From Nitrospirota bacterium (GTDB taxonomy: Bacteria; Nitrospirota; UBA9217), in contig CAVVUN010000012.1 of NCBI GenBank assembly GCA_963751455.1, forward strand, positions 512,001 through 576,000: 64,000 nt of DNA, read 5' to 3'. Positions 20,937 to 29,352 of the stretch are shown here, one piece after another; position 1 is the first letter of the stretch, and the number at the start of each line of letters is the position of its first letter. The translations under genes and the position numbers were made by a program. The notes beneath the pieces are model-generated. The model searched no databases. It had not been told where the DNA came from and saw only the letters and a list, made by a program, of their open reading frames with translations.

Positions 20937-23501
20937 TTACAGGTCCTTGATCTGGTCCCAGTACTTGCGTGCTGATTCACGGGCTTCAACGAATGGTGCG
21001 TTCGCCTCCAGGTTCTTAGGGAAAAAATCGAAATATTCCCTCCACGCGAGATTGGCGCTGTTCAAAATCGAACTCTTTCTGGTGATGAGGTAGAGCTTGT
21101 GATATGCGAGCGCGGTATAATAATATGTGTCATGGATCGCCTCGTCGTATTGGACATTCGGGAAGAACCGGGTGTTCTGTTTCGCGGTCTGGAGGTTCTG
21201 AATCGCCCGGGCGAAGTTCTGGGCCGCGGAGTCCTTGTCGCTCTGCACCAGTTGATTGCCCTTTTCGTAGTAAGCGTGACCAAGGTTGGTGAAAGCAACC
21301 GCGTACTGTTTATAGACAAGCTGCTTGTTCTCGGGCAGCGACAGCACGTTCTCAAACTCCTGCGCGGCAGAGTCATAGTCATTGAGGTCGTCGAGATAAA
21401 TACGGGCCAGCCTGTGGTGGGCTTCTGCGTAGTCGGGGTGCCCCTTCTCCGCACTCTTGTATGCCTGCACGGCCGCGCCGGTATTCCCATCCTGGAGCGC
21501 CCGCTCGCCGAGCTTGAGGTAGTTCTTATAAAGAAGTATTTTCGCTCCGCCGGTGCGGTTTTCGACCGTCTTATCGAACTCCACGACTTCTTCCCAGTCG
21601 CGGTAGTCCCCGCCGTACGACACTTTTACCGTATGGAATCCCAGGTTCACCAGTTGCCCTTCGAGGATCGGCGTCTTCCCGATCTTATCTCCATCCAGGA
21701 ACACCCGGCAGATGATGGGTCCGATTCTATCTTAAACAATGCATTGTTGACGGCAGAGCACGAATTCTTTCGCGTCCTTATTTTTGTCGATCTTTACGTT
21801 TTGTATTACCTGCTGGTATCCGTGCCGGTAAAGAACGAGGTTGAAGTTTTTGCCGATGCGGACAGGCACCTCCGCTTTTCCATCCGCTGCCGTGCTGCCG
21901 CGCCACTCATCATTCACGTAAATATTCACGCCGGACAGCGGGGACAGATCCGGCGCCAACCCTCCCTTTGCCGAGAGAATGAAATAATTGCGGGCTGTTG
22001 CGTCATCTTCAAGGGAGAGTCGCCTGACCACACGGTCCCCGAGACTGATCTTTTCGCCCTTCTTAAGGTCCTCAACTTCCGTCCATGCCCCCGAGTCCTC
22101 TGATTTTTTGACTTTGAGTCTGCCCGACTCCCGGTACCCGGATATCTTGCCGCTCTCATCGCGTCGCGGAGCCATCAACACCAGTTCAGCGCCCCGGCTT
22201 ATCTTATAGCTCCGGCCGATGTTAACCCGGTATCGCTCCTCTTCGGACCCGATCACGGTGCCCTCGAAGGGAAAACGTTCAAGCACGCTGGAAGCTATTT
22301 CCTTCGCCGCCCTCGTAATATCCCCTTCACCCGGAGCCCGGGTGATCTGGCTCAGGATGAGCCTGCCTCCGGCCGCATAAAACTTGGTTTCGATCAACAG
22401 CCCCTTATCGTCTTTCGCCACGCTGCCGAGTATAATCATGTCCACGGTTCTGAACAGCGGAGTTTCGCGCCATCCCTTCACGATAATTATTTCTATACTC
22501 AGCTTCGCATGCTTGATCTCGGCCTGGAGAGTCTTCGTAGAAACCTCACGGAAGCAGGGATTTTTGAAAAGCTGGGCGGCAACCGAGGATTCCACCTTGC
22601 CGAGGACTTCTTTCATGTCCGCCTTCGGCGCGTTGCTGACGAACCGGTAGATGCCCGCTCGTATCGGCTTCGCGGTTGCCGGATAGAAATAGTGCTGGAC
22701 TGCCGCTTCCCCTTCAAGCACGACTGAGGTCTTCCAGACAGCGGGGACATGGCCGGGCGCTTCGAGCGTTATCTGTGCCTTCCTGCCGGGCTCGCCGTCA
22801 TACCTGTATATGAGAGCGCCCTTTGCGTCGGTCCTGCCGATCTGCTTGTTGTCCAGCCGCACGGACACACCCGCGATGCCGTTGGTCTGTCCATACTCCT
22901 CGGTAAGCGCGGCAACAACGATCGACACTTGTTTGGAAAGCGCTGCTGCAAGCCGCTGACCGGGTTCGACGTCCGCGGTCTTGCGCCATGGGGCGTAGCC
23001 CTGCTTCACAACGGTAAGCTCAAGACCGCCCTTCGGCGAATCCTTATAGTGATAAACAAATTCGCCCTGTGCATCGGTTTTTCCGGCTTCTTTACCTCCG
23101 GCCTTCACAACCGCTTCAGCCACCGGAGAGCCCTGGTCCGTTGCGACAATGGTAATATAGCGGAGGGCGGACAGCTCTGCATTTAAGGAATAGGTATCTA
23201 TGCTGCCCGACTTCGGCAGCTTCATCAGGAAAGTGCTTTTCCACGGTTTAATGCTGTACCCCGGCAGTTCCCGGGCAACCGTCACCTCGACGTCGGCGCC
23301 CGGCTTTTTCCTGATTATTTTCGTAAAGGCCCCGTTCGCGTCGGCGACACCCTCTTCTTTTCCGTCAACCAGGATCTTCGCCTCGGCCGCGGGCTTCCCG
23401 TCCATTCTGGCATTTACCCTGAGCTCAAGTTTTTCACCGCATCCGTACAGCAGCATCGACGCCGAAATTATAAAAACTAAACGTATAGCATGCTTTATCA
23501 T
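20937..23501 (-). CDS. Lipoprotein with PEGA/carboxypeptidase-regulatory-like beta repeats and C-terminal TPR; two compensating indels near 21705-21755
   Basis: Lipobox LYGC; repeated GxTDAxG beta domains; VFLDGDKIGKTP PEGA motif; TPR C-terminus (AFTNLGHAYYEKG); ATG 23501 behind GAGGAGG. Confidence 0.75.
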
Positions 23502-23582
23502 ACAATGCCTCCTCAAAGCGCTATAACAAAATAGAAGCGTATAATTAAATTAGAATAAAAAAAAACCAGACGCACTGCATCT

Positions 23583-24032
23583 TTACATCGTCGGCGGCTG
23601 AATATTGACCTCGCCGGGGTTCACGATTTTGTCTTCGTCAGACTTCGCCCCCTCGATGCTTTTTCGCCTACCCTCGGGTATTTTTTTGAGTTTAAAATCG
23701 ACTTTTTTGCCGCCATATTTCGTCACCTCAAGGGTTTGTGTATCGGTCATGTAGCCGATCCTGCTTGCTTCCACCTTATAGGTGCCCGGAATAATATAAT
23801 CCTTGGCCGATTCGTATTTTCCATCGACTTGGACCGTCACTGCCTGCGAGGCCCTCTCGAGGCTTGTCGTAATATTGATCATGTTGACCACAGTGCCCTG
23901 GGGGCTTTCCTTCGCGGGCGGGATCGGTTGCAGATTCGCATCCAGCAGTTGAACCGTTCCGTATATTTTCGGCGCGCATGCTTCCAGTGCAAACATCAGA
24001 ACAAACAGCAACAGAATTTTTTCTCGCTTCAT
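23583..24032 (-). CDS. Small lipoprotein with carboxypeptidase-regulatory-like domain; first gene behind riboswitch 1
   Basis: MKREKILLLFVLMFALEAC lipobox; PGTYKVEASRIGY; RBS GGGAGG; the longer ORF start at 24143 lies inside the riboswitch and is not used. Confidence 0.75.
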   Translation of the reverse strand: MKREKILLLFVLMFALEACAPKIYGTVQLLDANLQPIPPAKESPQGTVVNMINITTSLERASQAVTVQVDGKYESAKDYIIPGTYKVEASRIGYMTDTQTLEVTKYGGKKVDFKLKKIPEGRRKSIEGAKSDEDKIVNPGEVNIQPPTM

Positions 24033-24089
24033 GACAATCCTCCCGGGCTTTATCATATTTGGCGGGTACGTGCCGCGCATTGGTCGCTT

Positions 24090-24133
24090 AAACAAAAAGC
24101 CGCCAAAAAGAAACAATCTGTTCTTTGGCGGCT
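24090..24133 (-). terminator. Intrinsic terminator (expression platform of riboswitch 1)
   Basis: AGCCGCCAAAG...TTTTGGCGGCT followed by TTTTGTTT; the 5' arm is the aptamer 3' strand. Confidence 0.85.
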
Positions 24134-24249
24134 CGACTAGCATATAAACAGTAGAATCTCTTTCTGGTCGGATGAGATATCGGGTTACTGTTTTATTTAG
24201 CTTCGTGGCTCTGCGCCCCGCGGTTTCCCGCGGTTTGCTCTGAGCAAAG
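24123..24249 (-). ncRNA. GEMM-I cyclic-dinucleotide riboswitch, A20 variant (predicted 3',3'-cGAMP), copy 1
   Basis: CTTTG-CTCAG-A-GCAAACCGCGG-GAAA-CCGCGGGGCGC-AGA-GCCACGAAGCTAAA...ATGCTAGTCGAGCCGC-CAAAG: P1, P2 with GAAA tetraloop, P3 with receptor; A at 24239 in the G20 position. Confidence 0.88.
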
Positions 24250-24274
24250 GGATATTATGTTGGTTGTGGAAATG

Positions 24275-24303
24275 ACTTTATCATGTCATGCAGGGGTTGT
24301 CAA
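24275..24303 (-). promoter_or_regulatory. Sigma70-type promoter of the lipoprotein/TolB/ABC operon
   Basis: TTGACA-N17-TAAAGT with extended -10 TG, about 25 nt upstream of the aptamer. Confidence 0.8.
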
Positions 24304-24588
24304 GTGTGCAGGATAAATCACGAACCTGCTGATATCTCTGCATTTCCAACCGAAAAAAGGTATCCTTTGCGTCATCTTAAAATAACATTTGCCATCGACA
24401 ATTCGCAGCATTTGCGAGATTGTGAAGCTGTCTGTGCTGATTACCATCCGGGGCTTGTCGAGCGTACCCGGGGAAAATTGGATCGTTTTCAACCCCCTGA
24501 ATATTTATTGTATGAATACTTCGTAACAGCTGCGGAAAGATCTGTTTCTCTTTCCTGGAATTCCGACTTCAGTCACCAGCCTCAGGCA

Positions 24589-24804
24589 CTAGTGTAGTGT
24601 CTCACAAACGACTGGTGTTATCATAGCGCGGCAGTAGGCCGCAGCCAAACTTGTAGGGTAAGGCTTTAGCCTTGCTGAAAGCGCCGGGACAGCAGCAACC
24701 CTAAAGGGTCGCCCTACAAATTCATCAGCAAATATTTATGCGAAGATAAGTTTTCGATGAGAAATCATCATATAACACCGTCCATTTAAGAAACACTACA
24801 CTAG
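24589..24804. mobile_element. MITE-like element containing a GTAG-REP doublet
   Basis: Terminal inverted repeats CTAGTGTAGTGTCTCACAAA / TTTAAGAAACACTACACTAG (17/20); internal TGTAGGGTAAGGCTTTAGCCTTGC...GCAACCCTAAAGGGTCGCCCTACA; the right end coincides with the TAG stop of the gltG-like gene. Confidence 0.7.
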
Positions 24805-26210
24805 CCTGCGGGCAGGAAATCAATCGGGTACAGGATGGTCGTCCTGGGAACCTTCGCCTTCGGTCCGAAGTTGAACTTCTTGACACGCTCCACAATCTGC
24901 GCCACCAGCTGCGGCGAGGCGAGATCGTTCGACTGCACCGTACATGCCGAGACTTCGCCACCCGACTCGATGATGATGCGCAGTATAATCTTGCCGCGCA
25001 GGGTCGGCTTCTTGCGCAGTTCTGCATTGTAAATCCGGTAGAGCGTAGCCTTGTATCTATCGAAGACGATCTGTATCTCTTCGTCGGTTCGGGCCGGCCC
25101 GGGTCCGGAACCGACAGGCTTCGCCTTTTCCGCCAGCCCCGCAACCGTACTTTCTACCCTTGTAAAACCCACACCCCCGATCCGATTTCCATTGCCGCTC
25201 CCGACATTACGGCTCACGCCGGCATTGCTGATACCGCCGCTCGAGCCTGCCGTTGATTGCATGGCGAGTATCGATCGACCTGCACGAGCCTGACCTGCCG
25301 CCACTGTCGGCTCTTTACTCAGCCGCGCCTCGGCGCCGAGTCGCGCAGCGGGAGTTTCTTCCATCAGATCTTTAAACGTCTCTTTGAAGGCCAGGACCCC
25401 CGTGCTTTCCGCTTTTTTACGAGCAGCCTGTGTTTCTGCGGGTGTTGCTTTCGGTTTGTCTTCCTTAGCAGCTTTTTCCTGATCTTTCTTTTCTTCTTTT
25501 CGTTCAGGCGCCGGCTCAGGCTTGGGCGGCTCATTTCTCAGCATGGAGACCAGACGTTCCGGAATTACAGGCACGGCCGGGCGCACCGGCGCGGGCAGCT
25601 TCACCAGGGGAATCACAGCGCCGAAAACGAGATAGAACGATAAAACGACAATCAGAGCCTTGTGGAAGCGTTCTTCGCTCGCAGCCTCAAGCATCGGGCG
25701 ATCAGGGACCGGTGAAACCTCCCGCTCTATGACGTACTCTTCCTGGCGCCGTTCTTCACGGGCGTATACATCACGCAGTTCTTCGCGGAAGATGTTCAGT
25801 TCTGCTCCGCAAAGATTGATCTCCTCCCGGAGAGAAGCCTGTTTTTCCAGGACCCCGCTTATCGTCCGCTCAAAGCCGGCAATCCGTCTCCGGGTCCGTT
25901 CGACGTGTCCGGGGACATTCTGAGGCTCCGAGACTCCTGCCCAGAAGAGTTCCTCGGCTTTCAGTTCCCCCAGTTTGTCGAGCGCAGTGCAGACGTCCCG
26001 CAATGCATCGAACCGCTGTCTCTCGGCGGAAAAAGTCTCCAGCTCCACCTCTACAGCGCGCAACTCTTCTTCGAGCACCGCGCCTATTTGCCGGGCATGC
26101 TCGATCTGTGCGTTGAGGCCCGCCAATTCTTCTGCTAAGATGTCCTCTTCCAACAGAAATGTATCCATGGCAGCCCCACTAGGTTTTTGCGGCCTTCTGA
26201 ATGACGGCAA
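24801..26210 (-). CDS. GltG/PglI-like TonB/TolA-type protein (AgmX/PglI C-terminal domain) with N-terminal coiled coil
   Basis: Coiled coil, single TM, Pro/Lys/Glu linker, ARKKAESTGVLAF, Gly-rich linker, C-terminal RTDEEIQIVFDRYKATLYRIYNAELRKKPTLRGKI...YPIDFLP. Confidence 0.8.
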   Translation of the reverse strand: MPSFRRPQKPSGAAMDTFLLEEDILAEELAGLNAQIEHARQIGAVLEEELRAVEVELETFSAERQRFDALRDVCTALDKLGELKAEELFWAGVSEPQNVPGHVERTRRRIAGFERTISGVLEKQASLREEINLCGAELNIFREELRDVYAREERRQEEYVIEREVSPVPDRPMLEAASEERFHKALIVVLSFYLVFGAVIPLVKLPAPVRPAVPVIPERLVSMLRNEPPKPEPAPERKEEKKDQEKAAKEDKPKATPAETQAARKKAESTGVLAFKETFKDLMEETPAARLGAEARLSKEPTVAAGQARAGRSILAMQSTAGSSGGISNAGVSRNVGSGNGNRIGGVGFTRVESTVAGLAEKAKPVGSGPGPARTDEEIQIVFDRYKATLYRIYNAELRKKPTLRGKIILRIIIESGGEVSACTVQSNDLASPQLVAQIVERVKKFNFGPKAKVPRTTILYPIDFLPAG

Positions 26211-26673
26211 GGGAAATCCTTCCGTATCCGGAGGCCGTGCAGGTTGACATTATTTTTTTAAGCACTTTGAACGGAATCGTTTTATCGGCAAGGAGCGTGA
26301 CTTCCCTGCTTTCGGCATCCGTCCTCGTGCCTGTCCCCATACTATTGCGTTCAAGTTGTGCCAGTCGGTTTTGTACTTCATAAACCAGCCCGATGCCGTC
26401 GTCGAGAAGCTGAGCGGTTGCAATCACAGCTTCGCCCTGGACCTGTACTGTTTCGGGGCTAACCACGATCGTCAGTGTTTCCCTCGGCCTGGTCTCGACG
26501 ATCGAATCGGGCAGCGCAATCTTCGCGTCCGGAAGATCTCCGTTGAATGAGTGGAAAAGCAGAAAGAACACCAGAACCGTAAGAACATCCATCATCGGTA
26601 TGAGGTTCAGGCCGAGACCGGTCAGCTTCGTGTTGTTGCGTTCCATCCGTTTTATACGTCTGCTGTCTCTCAT
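26179..26673 (-). CDS. ExbD/TolR-family protein (AglQ/AglS-like)
   Basis: LNLIPMMDVLTVLVFFLL with the conserved TM Asp; ADKTIPFKVLKKIMSTC. Confidence 0.9.
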   Translation of the reverse strand: MRDSRRIKRMERNNTKLTGLGLNLIPMMDVLTVLVFFLLFHSFNGDLPDAKIALPDSIVETRPRETLTIVVSPETVQVQGEAVIATAQLLDDGIGLVYEVQNRLAQLERNSMGTGTRTDAESREVTLLADKTIPFKVLKKIMSTCTASGYGRISLAVIQKAAKT

Positions 26674-27176
26674 GGCGCGTCTCCTATGGATATCTTCGGA
26701 AAGAGCGCTATTTTTTCGACCTCTGCGCTCCCTTCCGCCCTCACGACAGCTTCACGAACCGCATCCATGACCTGAATCAGGTTGTCGTATTCGATCTTCG
26801 GCTCCATCAAAACCGTCGCGTCTTCCTTCTCCGGATATTGGGCTTTGATGCGAACAAGCGCTTTGGTCAGCAGCTCGATATCGTATTTGCCGTCTTTCTT
26901 CGGAATAGAAGCTTCCACGGACGATCCGTTCGCAATCTGCAGCCCTGAGTCGCGAACGATCACCTCGATCGAGAAGTTCGGCTGGTTCACGCCGGCTTGG
27001 CCGGCGGCCGTCGGAACACTCAATTCCATGATCGTAATCCGCATAAAGACTGCAGTGATGAGCAGAAAGACCACCAGAACGGTAAGAATATCCATCATGG
27101 GTGTCAGGTTCAGAACGTGCATGATATCCGTATCGAATGATACTTCCTTTCCCCTTTTATGATATCGTCTGGTCAT
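26670..27176 (-). CDS. ExbD/TolR-family protein (AglQ/AglS-like)
   Basis: LNLTPMMDILTVLVVFLL; YDNLIQVMDAVR...LFPKISIG C-terminus. Confidence 0.9.
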   Translation of the reverse strand: MTRRYHKRGKEVSFDTDIMHVLNLTPMMDILTVLVVFLLITAVFMRITIMELSVPTAAGQAGVNQPNFSIEVIVRDSGLQIANGSSVEASIPKKDGKYDIELLTKALVRIKAQYPEKEDATVLMEPKIEYDNLIQVMDAVREAVVRAEGSAEVEKIALFPKISIGDAP

Positions 27177-27855
27177 GGACAGCTCCTGTCAAAGCCGCAT
27201 CTGTTAAAATGGGAGATCTTTCGAATTGGCGCTTGGTAAAATTGGAGATGGTATTGAGCGCTTTTACTGATGCCATCTCCAGGCTGTTCACGATCTTCCC
27301 CGTGGTCGTGGTGAGCTTGGCATGGAGCAGGAGAAGCGGGATCGCCGACATAAGACCGAAGGCAGTGCAGTTCATGGCCTCCGAAATGCTGGCCGCAAGC
27401 AGGGCGGCCTTCTCGGCGGGGCCCGCGGTGGCGACCGCAGTGAAGGCCTGGATAAGACCCATGATGGTGCCGAGCAGTCCGAACAGCGTGGCGATATTCG
27501 AGAGCAGCGCCAGGTACTGCGTGCGCTTTTCCAATTGAGGAATTATCTCCATCAGGCTCTCTTCCATGGCGATTTCTATATCTTCCCGCCGCCTGACCGC
27601 GCCCTGGCGCGCCAGTCCCATCTCCAGCATTTGCGCCATACTGGATTTGTCCTTGTTGGTAATTTCCCGGGCTTTCTCGAACTCTCCCTTGGCCAGCGCC
27701 GGATACAGCAACTTCCAGGTTTTTTGATTTGCGTCCCGAACGCGCTTTAAATGAACCCAGCGTTCAAACGCGATGGCCAGACCGACCGAAAGCACGAGTA
27801 GAATAGGGTACATGAAGAACCCACCCATCTGGAAAAACCTCACTATTGTATGCAT
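27157..27855 (-). CDS. MotA/TolQ/ExbB proton channel protein (AglR-like)
   Basis: GGFFMYPI, ATLFGLLGTIMGLIQAF, ISEAMNCTAFGL. Confidence 0.92.
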   Translation of the reverse strand: MHTIVRFFQMGGFFMYPILLVLSVGLAIAFERWVHLKRVRDANQKTWKLLYPALAKGEFEKAREITNKDKSSMAQMLEMGLARQGAVRRREDIEIAMEESLMEIIPQLEKRTQYLALLSNIATLFGLLGTIMGLIQAFTAVATAGPAEKAALLAASISEAMNCTAFGLMSAIPLLLLHAKLTTTTGKIVNSLEMASVKALNTISNFTKRQFERSPILTDAALTGAVHDQTIS

Positions 27856-27896
27856 CTTTGTTTCCTCCTTTTTTGTTTATGAGTACGAATTATTTC

Positions 27897-28056
27897 GTAA
27901 CTACTCAGGTGCGTATTCCCATGTTGCCGCCCTGCTGGATTTGAATCTTTTTTTGATGTCATTCCGGCTTGTCCGGAATCGTATAAAGCAAACAATTGAA
28001 AACAACGACGATTCCCGACAAGCGGGAATGACACCTAACAGGTAGTGAGCAGTTAC
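27897..28056. mobile_element. MITE-like element carrying a GTCATTCC palindrome doublet
   Basis: TIR GTAACTACTCA / TGAGCAGTTAC; flanks ATTATTTC and ATCATTTC (8-bp duplication, 1 mismatch). Confidence 0.7.
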
Positions 28057-28057
28057 A

Positions 28058-28333
28058 TCATTTCTTGGTGCTGATTTCAAAAAAATCCAATTGCCGCATA
28101 AACACATCTCGATCCACTGGCATGGCATTTTCGGTTAACATCATGCTCAAACTTGTCTCCACACCGATTTCAGAGCTTTTCCAGGGTACAATATACAGGG
28201 CTTTCGGGGCTTCATCGTTACCGACGATTGACATGCCCGAAAGTTCTTTGGCTTCGTGGCCCTTGTCCCCGGCCATGGCCGCGCCAACCGGCGCCAGAAG
28301 CACAAGCACCCAAAGCAATAGATTTCGATACAT
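28058..28333 (-). CDS. Small exported protein in the GltF position of the glt-like cluster
   Basis: MYRNLLLWVLVLLAPVGAAMA signal peptide; LSGMSIVGNDEAPKALYIVPWK; RBS AAAGGAG; lies between the TPR lipoprotein and tolQ. Confidence 0.7.
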   Translation of the reverse strand: MYRNLLLWVLVLLAPVGAAMAGDKGHEAKELSGMSIVGNDEAPKALYIVPWKSSEIGVETSLSMMLTENAMPVDRDVFMRQLDFFEISTKK

Positions 28334-28511
28334 ATTCTCTCCTTTCTTCAAACCTTTTGCCACGGATGAACACCGATAAAAATCTCTCTGCCGCAAATTA
28401 GCGCGAATTGACGCGAATAAAAGCATGATAAAGTTTTTTATTAAATCTCATTCGCGATCATTAGCGTTCATTCGCGGCTAACCGATCTCTTTTCTCCTGC
28501 GTTCTCTGTGA

Positions 28512-29312
28512 CTAATTTTTTCCCATTCGCATGCGCAGCTCGGCAATCCAGATTTTGACCTGCGCGTCCGCGGGCATCCCCTCGCTGTAAATCTCGAATT
28601 GTTTGAGCGCGCATTCCGGGTCATTGAGATACAGATCACAGAGGATCCCGAGATTTCTGCGGACGGGAAGATAGTCAGGAAAAACCGCAAGCGCCTTCTC
28701 ATAGATCTCCCGGGCCTCCTTAAAACGGCCCCCCTTGCGAAGCAGCAATCCATACTCATTACTGGCCACCGGGTGATTAGGAACCATTCCAAGAGCGGTT
28801 TTGAGGTGCTGCTCCGCCGGCTCGAACTTGCCGGTCCGCATGTAGGCCACCGCAATATTGATATAAGGCGCCGTGACTCCCGGTGAGCGCTCGATCACCT
28901 TTGCCAGAAGTTCGATGGCCTTGTCATTTTTTCCGTCGTTCATCATGGCGACAGCGCGCTCGAATTCTTCGCGCGACTCCGCATCCATGCTCGGGTTTTC
29001 CCTGATGACGAACCCTTGTCGCCCATCCTGGAGTTGTGCCACGGATGGCCCTTGACCTGTAAGGGGCTGGTTGGGGCTGGTGACGCACCCGGAAAAAAGC
29101 GCGAGTACGAACCCAAGACCAAAGACAAAAGCAGTTTTCGCGCAAAGACGCCAAGTCGCAAAGAAAGACAAAACATTTTTGATTTTAAAGACAAGCTCAA
29201 GATTTAATCTTTTCTTTGCGCCTTTGCGGCTCTCGTGCCCGCGTTTTCGAGCACTCGATGCGAGAGCAGGGTATTGCGCGAGACCGCCTTTGATTTTGAC
29301 TTCATGTTTCAT
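28512..29312 (-). CDS. TPR lipoprotein (GltE/AglT-like) with a palindromic element in the signal n-region
   Basis: Lipobox FSGC; TPRs; RNLGILCDLYLND...QVKIWIAEL C-terminus. Confidence 0.8.
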   Translation of the reverse strand: MKHEVKIKGGLAQYPALASSARKRGHESRKGAKKRLNLELVFKIKNVLSFFATWRLCAKTAFVFGLGFVLALFSGCVTSPNQPLTGQGPSVAQLQDGRQGFVIRENPSMDAESREEFERAVAMMNDGKNDKAIELLAKVIERSPGVTAPYINIAVAYMRTGKFEPAEQHLKTALGMVPNHPVASNEYGLLLRKGGRFKEAREIYEKALAVFPDYLPVRRNLGILCDLYLNDPECALKQFEIYSEGMPADAQVKIWIAELRMRMGKN

Positions 29313-29352
29313 CGATCTGAGGCCTCCTTCTTAAACCTATTCGACCGCCGCA

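Noticed and set aside
13600-21760. Programmed ribosomal frameshifting or phase variation as cause of the split genes
   Set aside because: There are several indels per gene, and those I examined are not at long homopolymers or slippery heptamers; sequencing error or decay is more parsimonious.
24033-24143. N-terminal extension of the 186-aa ORF, and small ORFs 48235..48435 and 48144..48362
   Set aside because: They run through riboswitch and terminator sequence; a better RBS and lipoprotein signal start at 24032.
26179-27855. Housekeeping tolQR/exbBD or flagellar motAB
   Set aside because: Two ExbD paralogues plus the TPR and GltG-like neighbours fit the Agl-Glt core pattern; no ybgC, TonB-dependent receptor or flagellar genes nearby.
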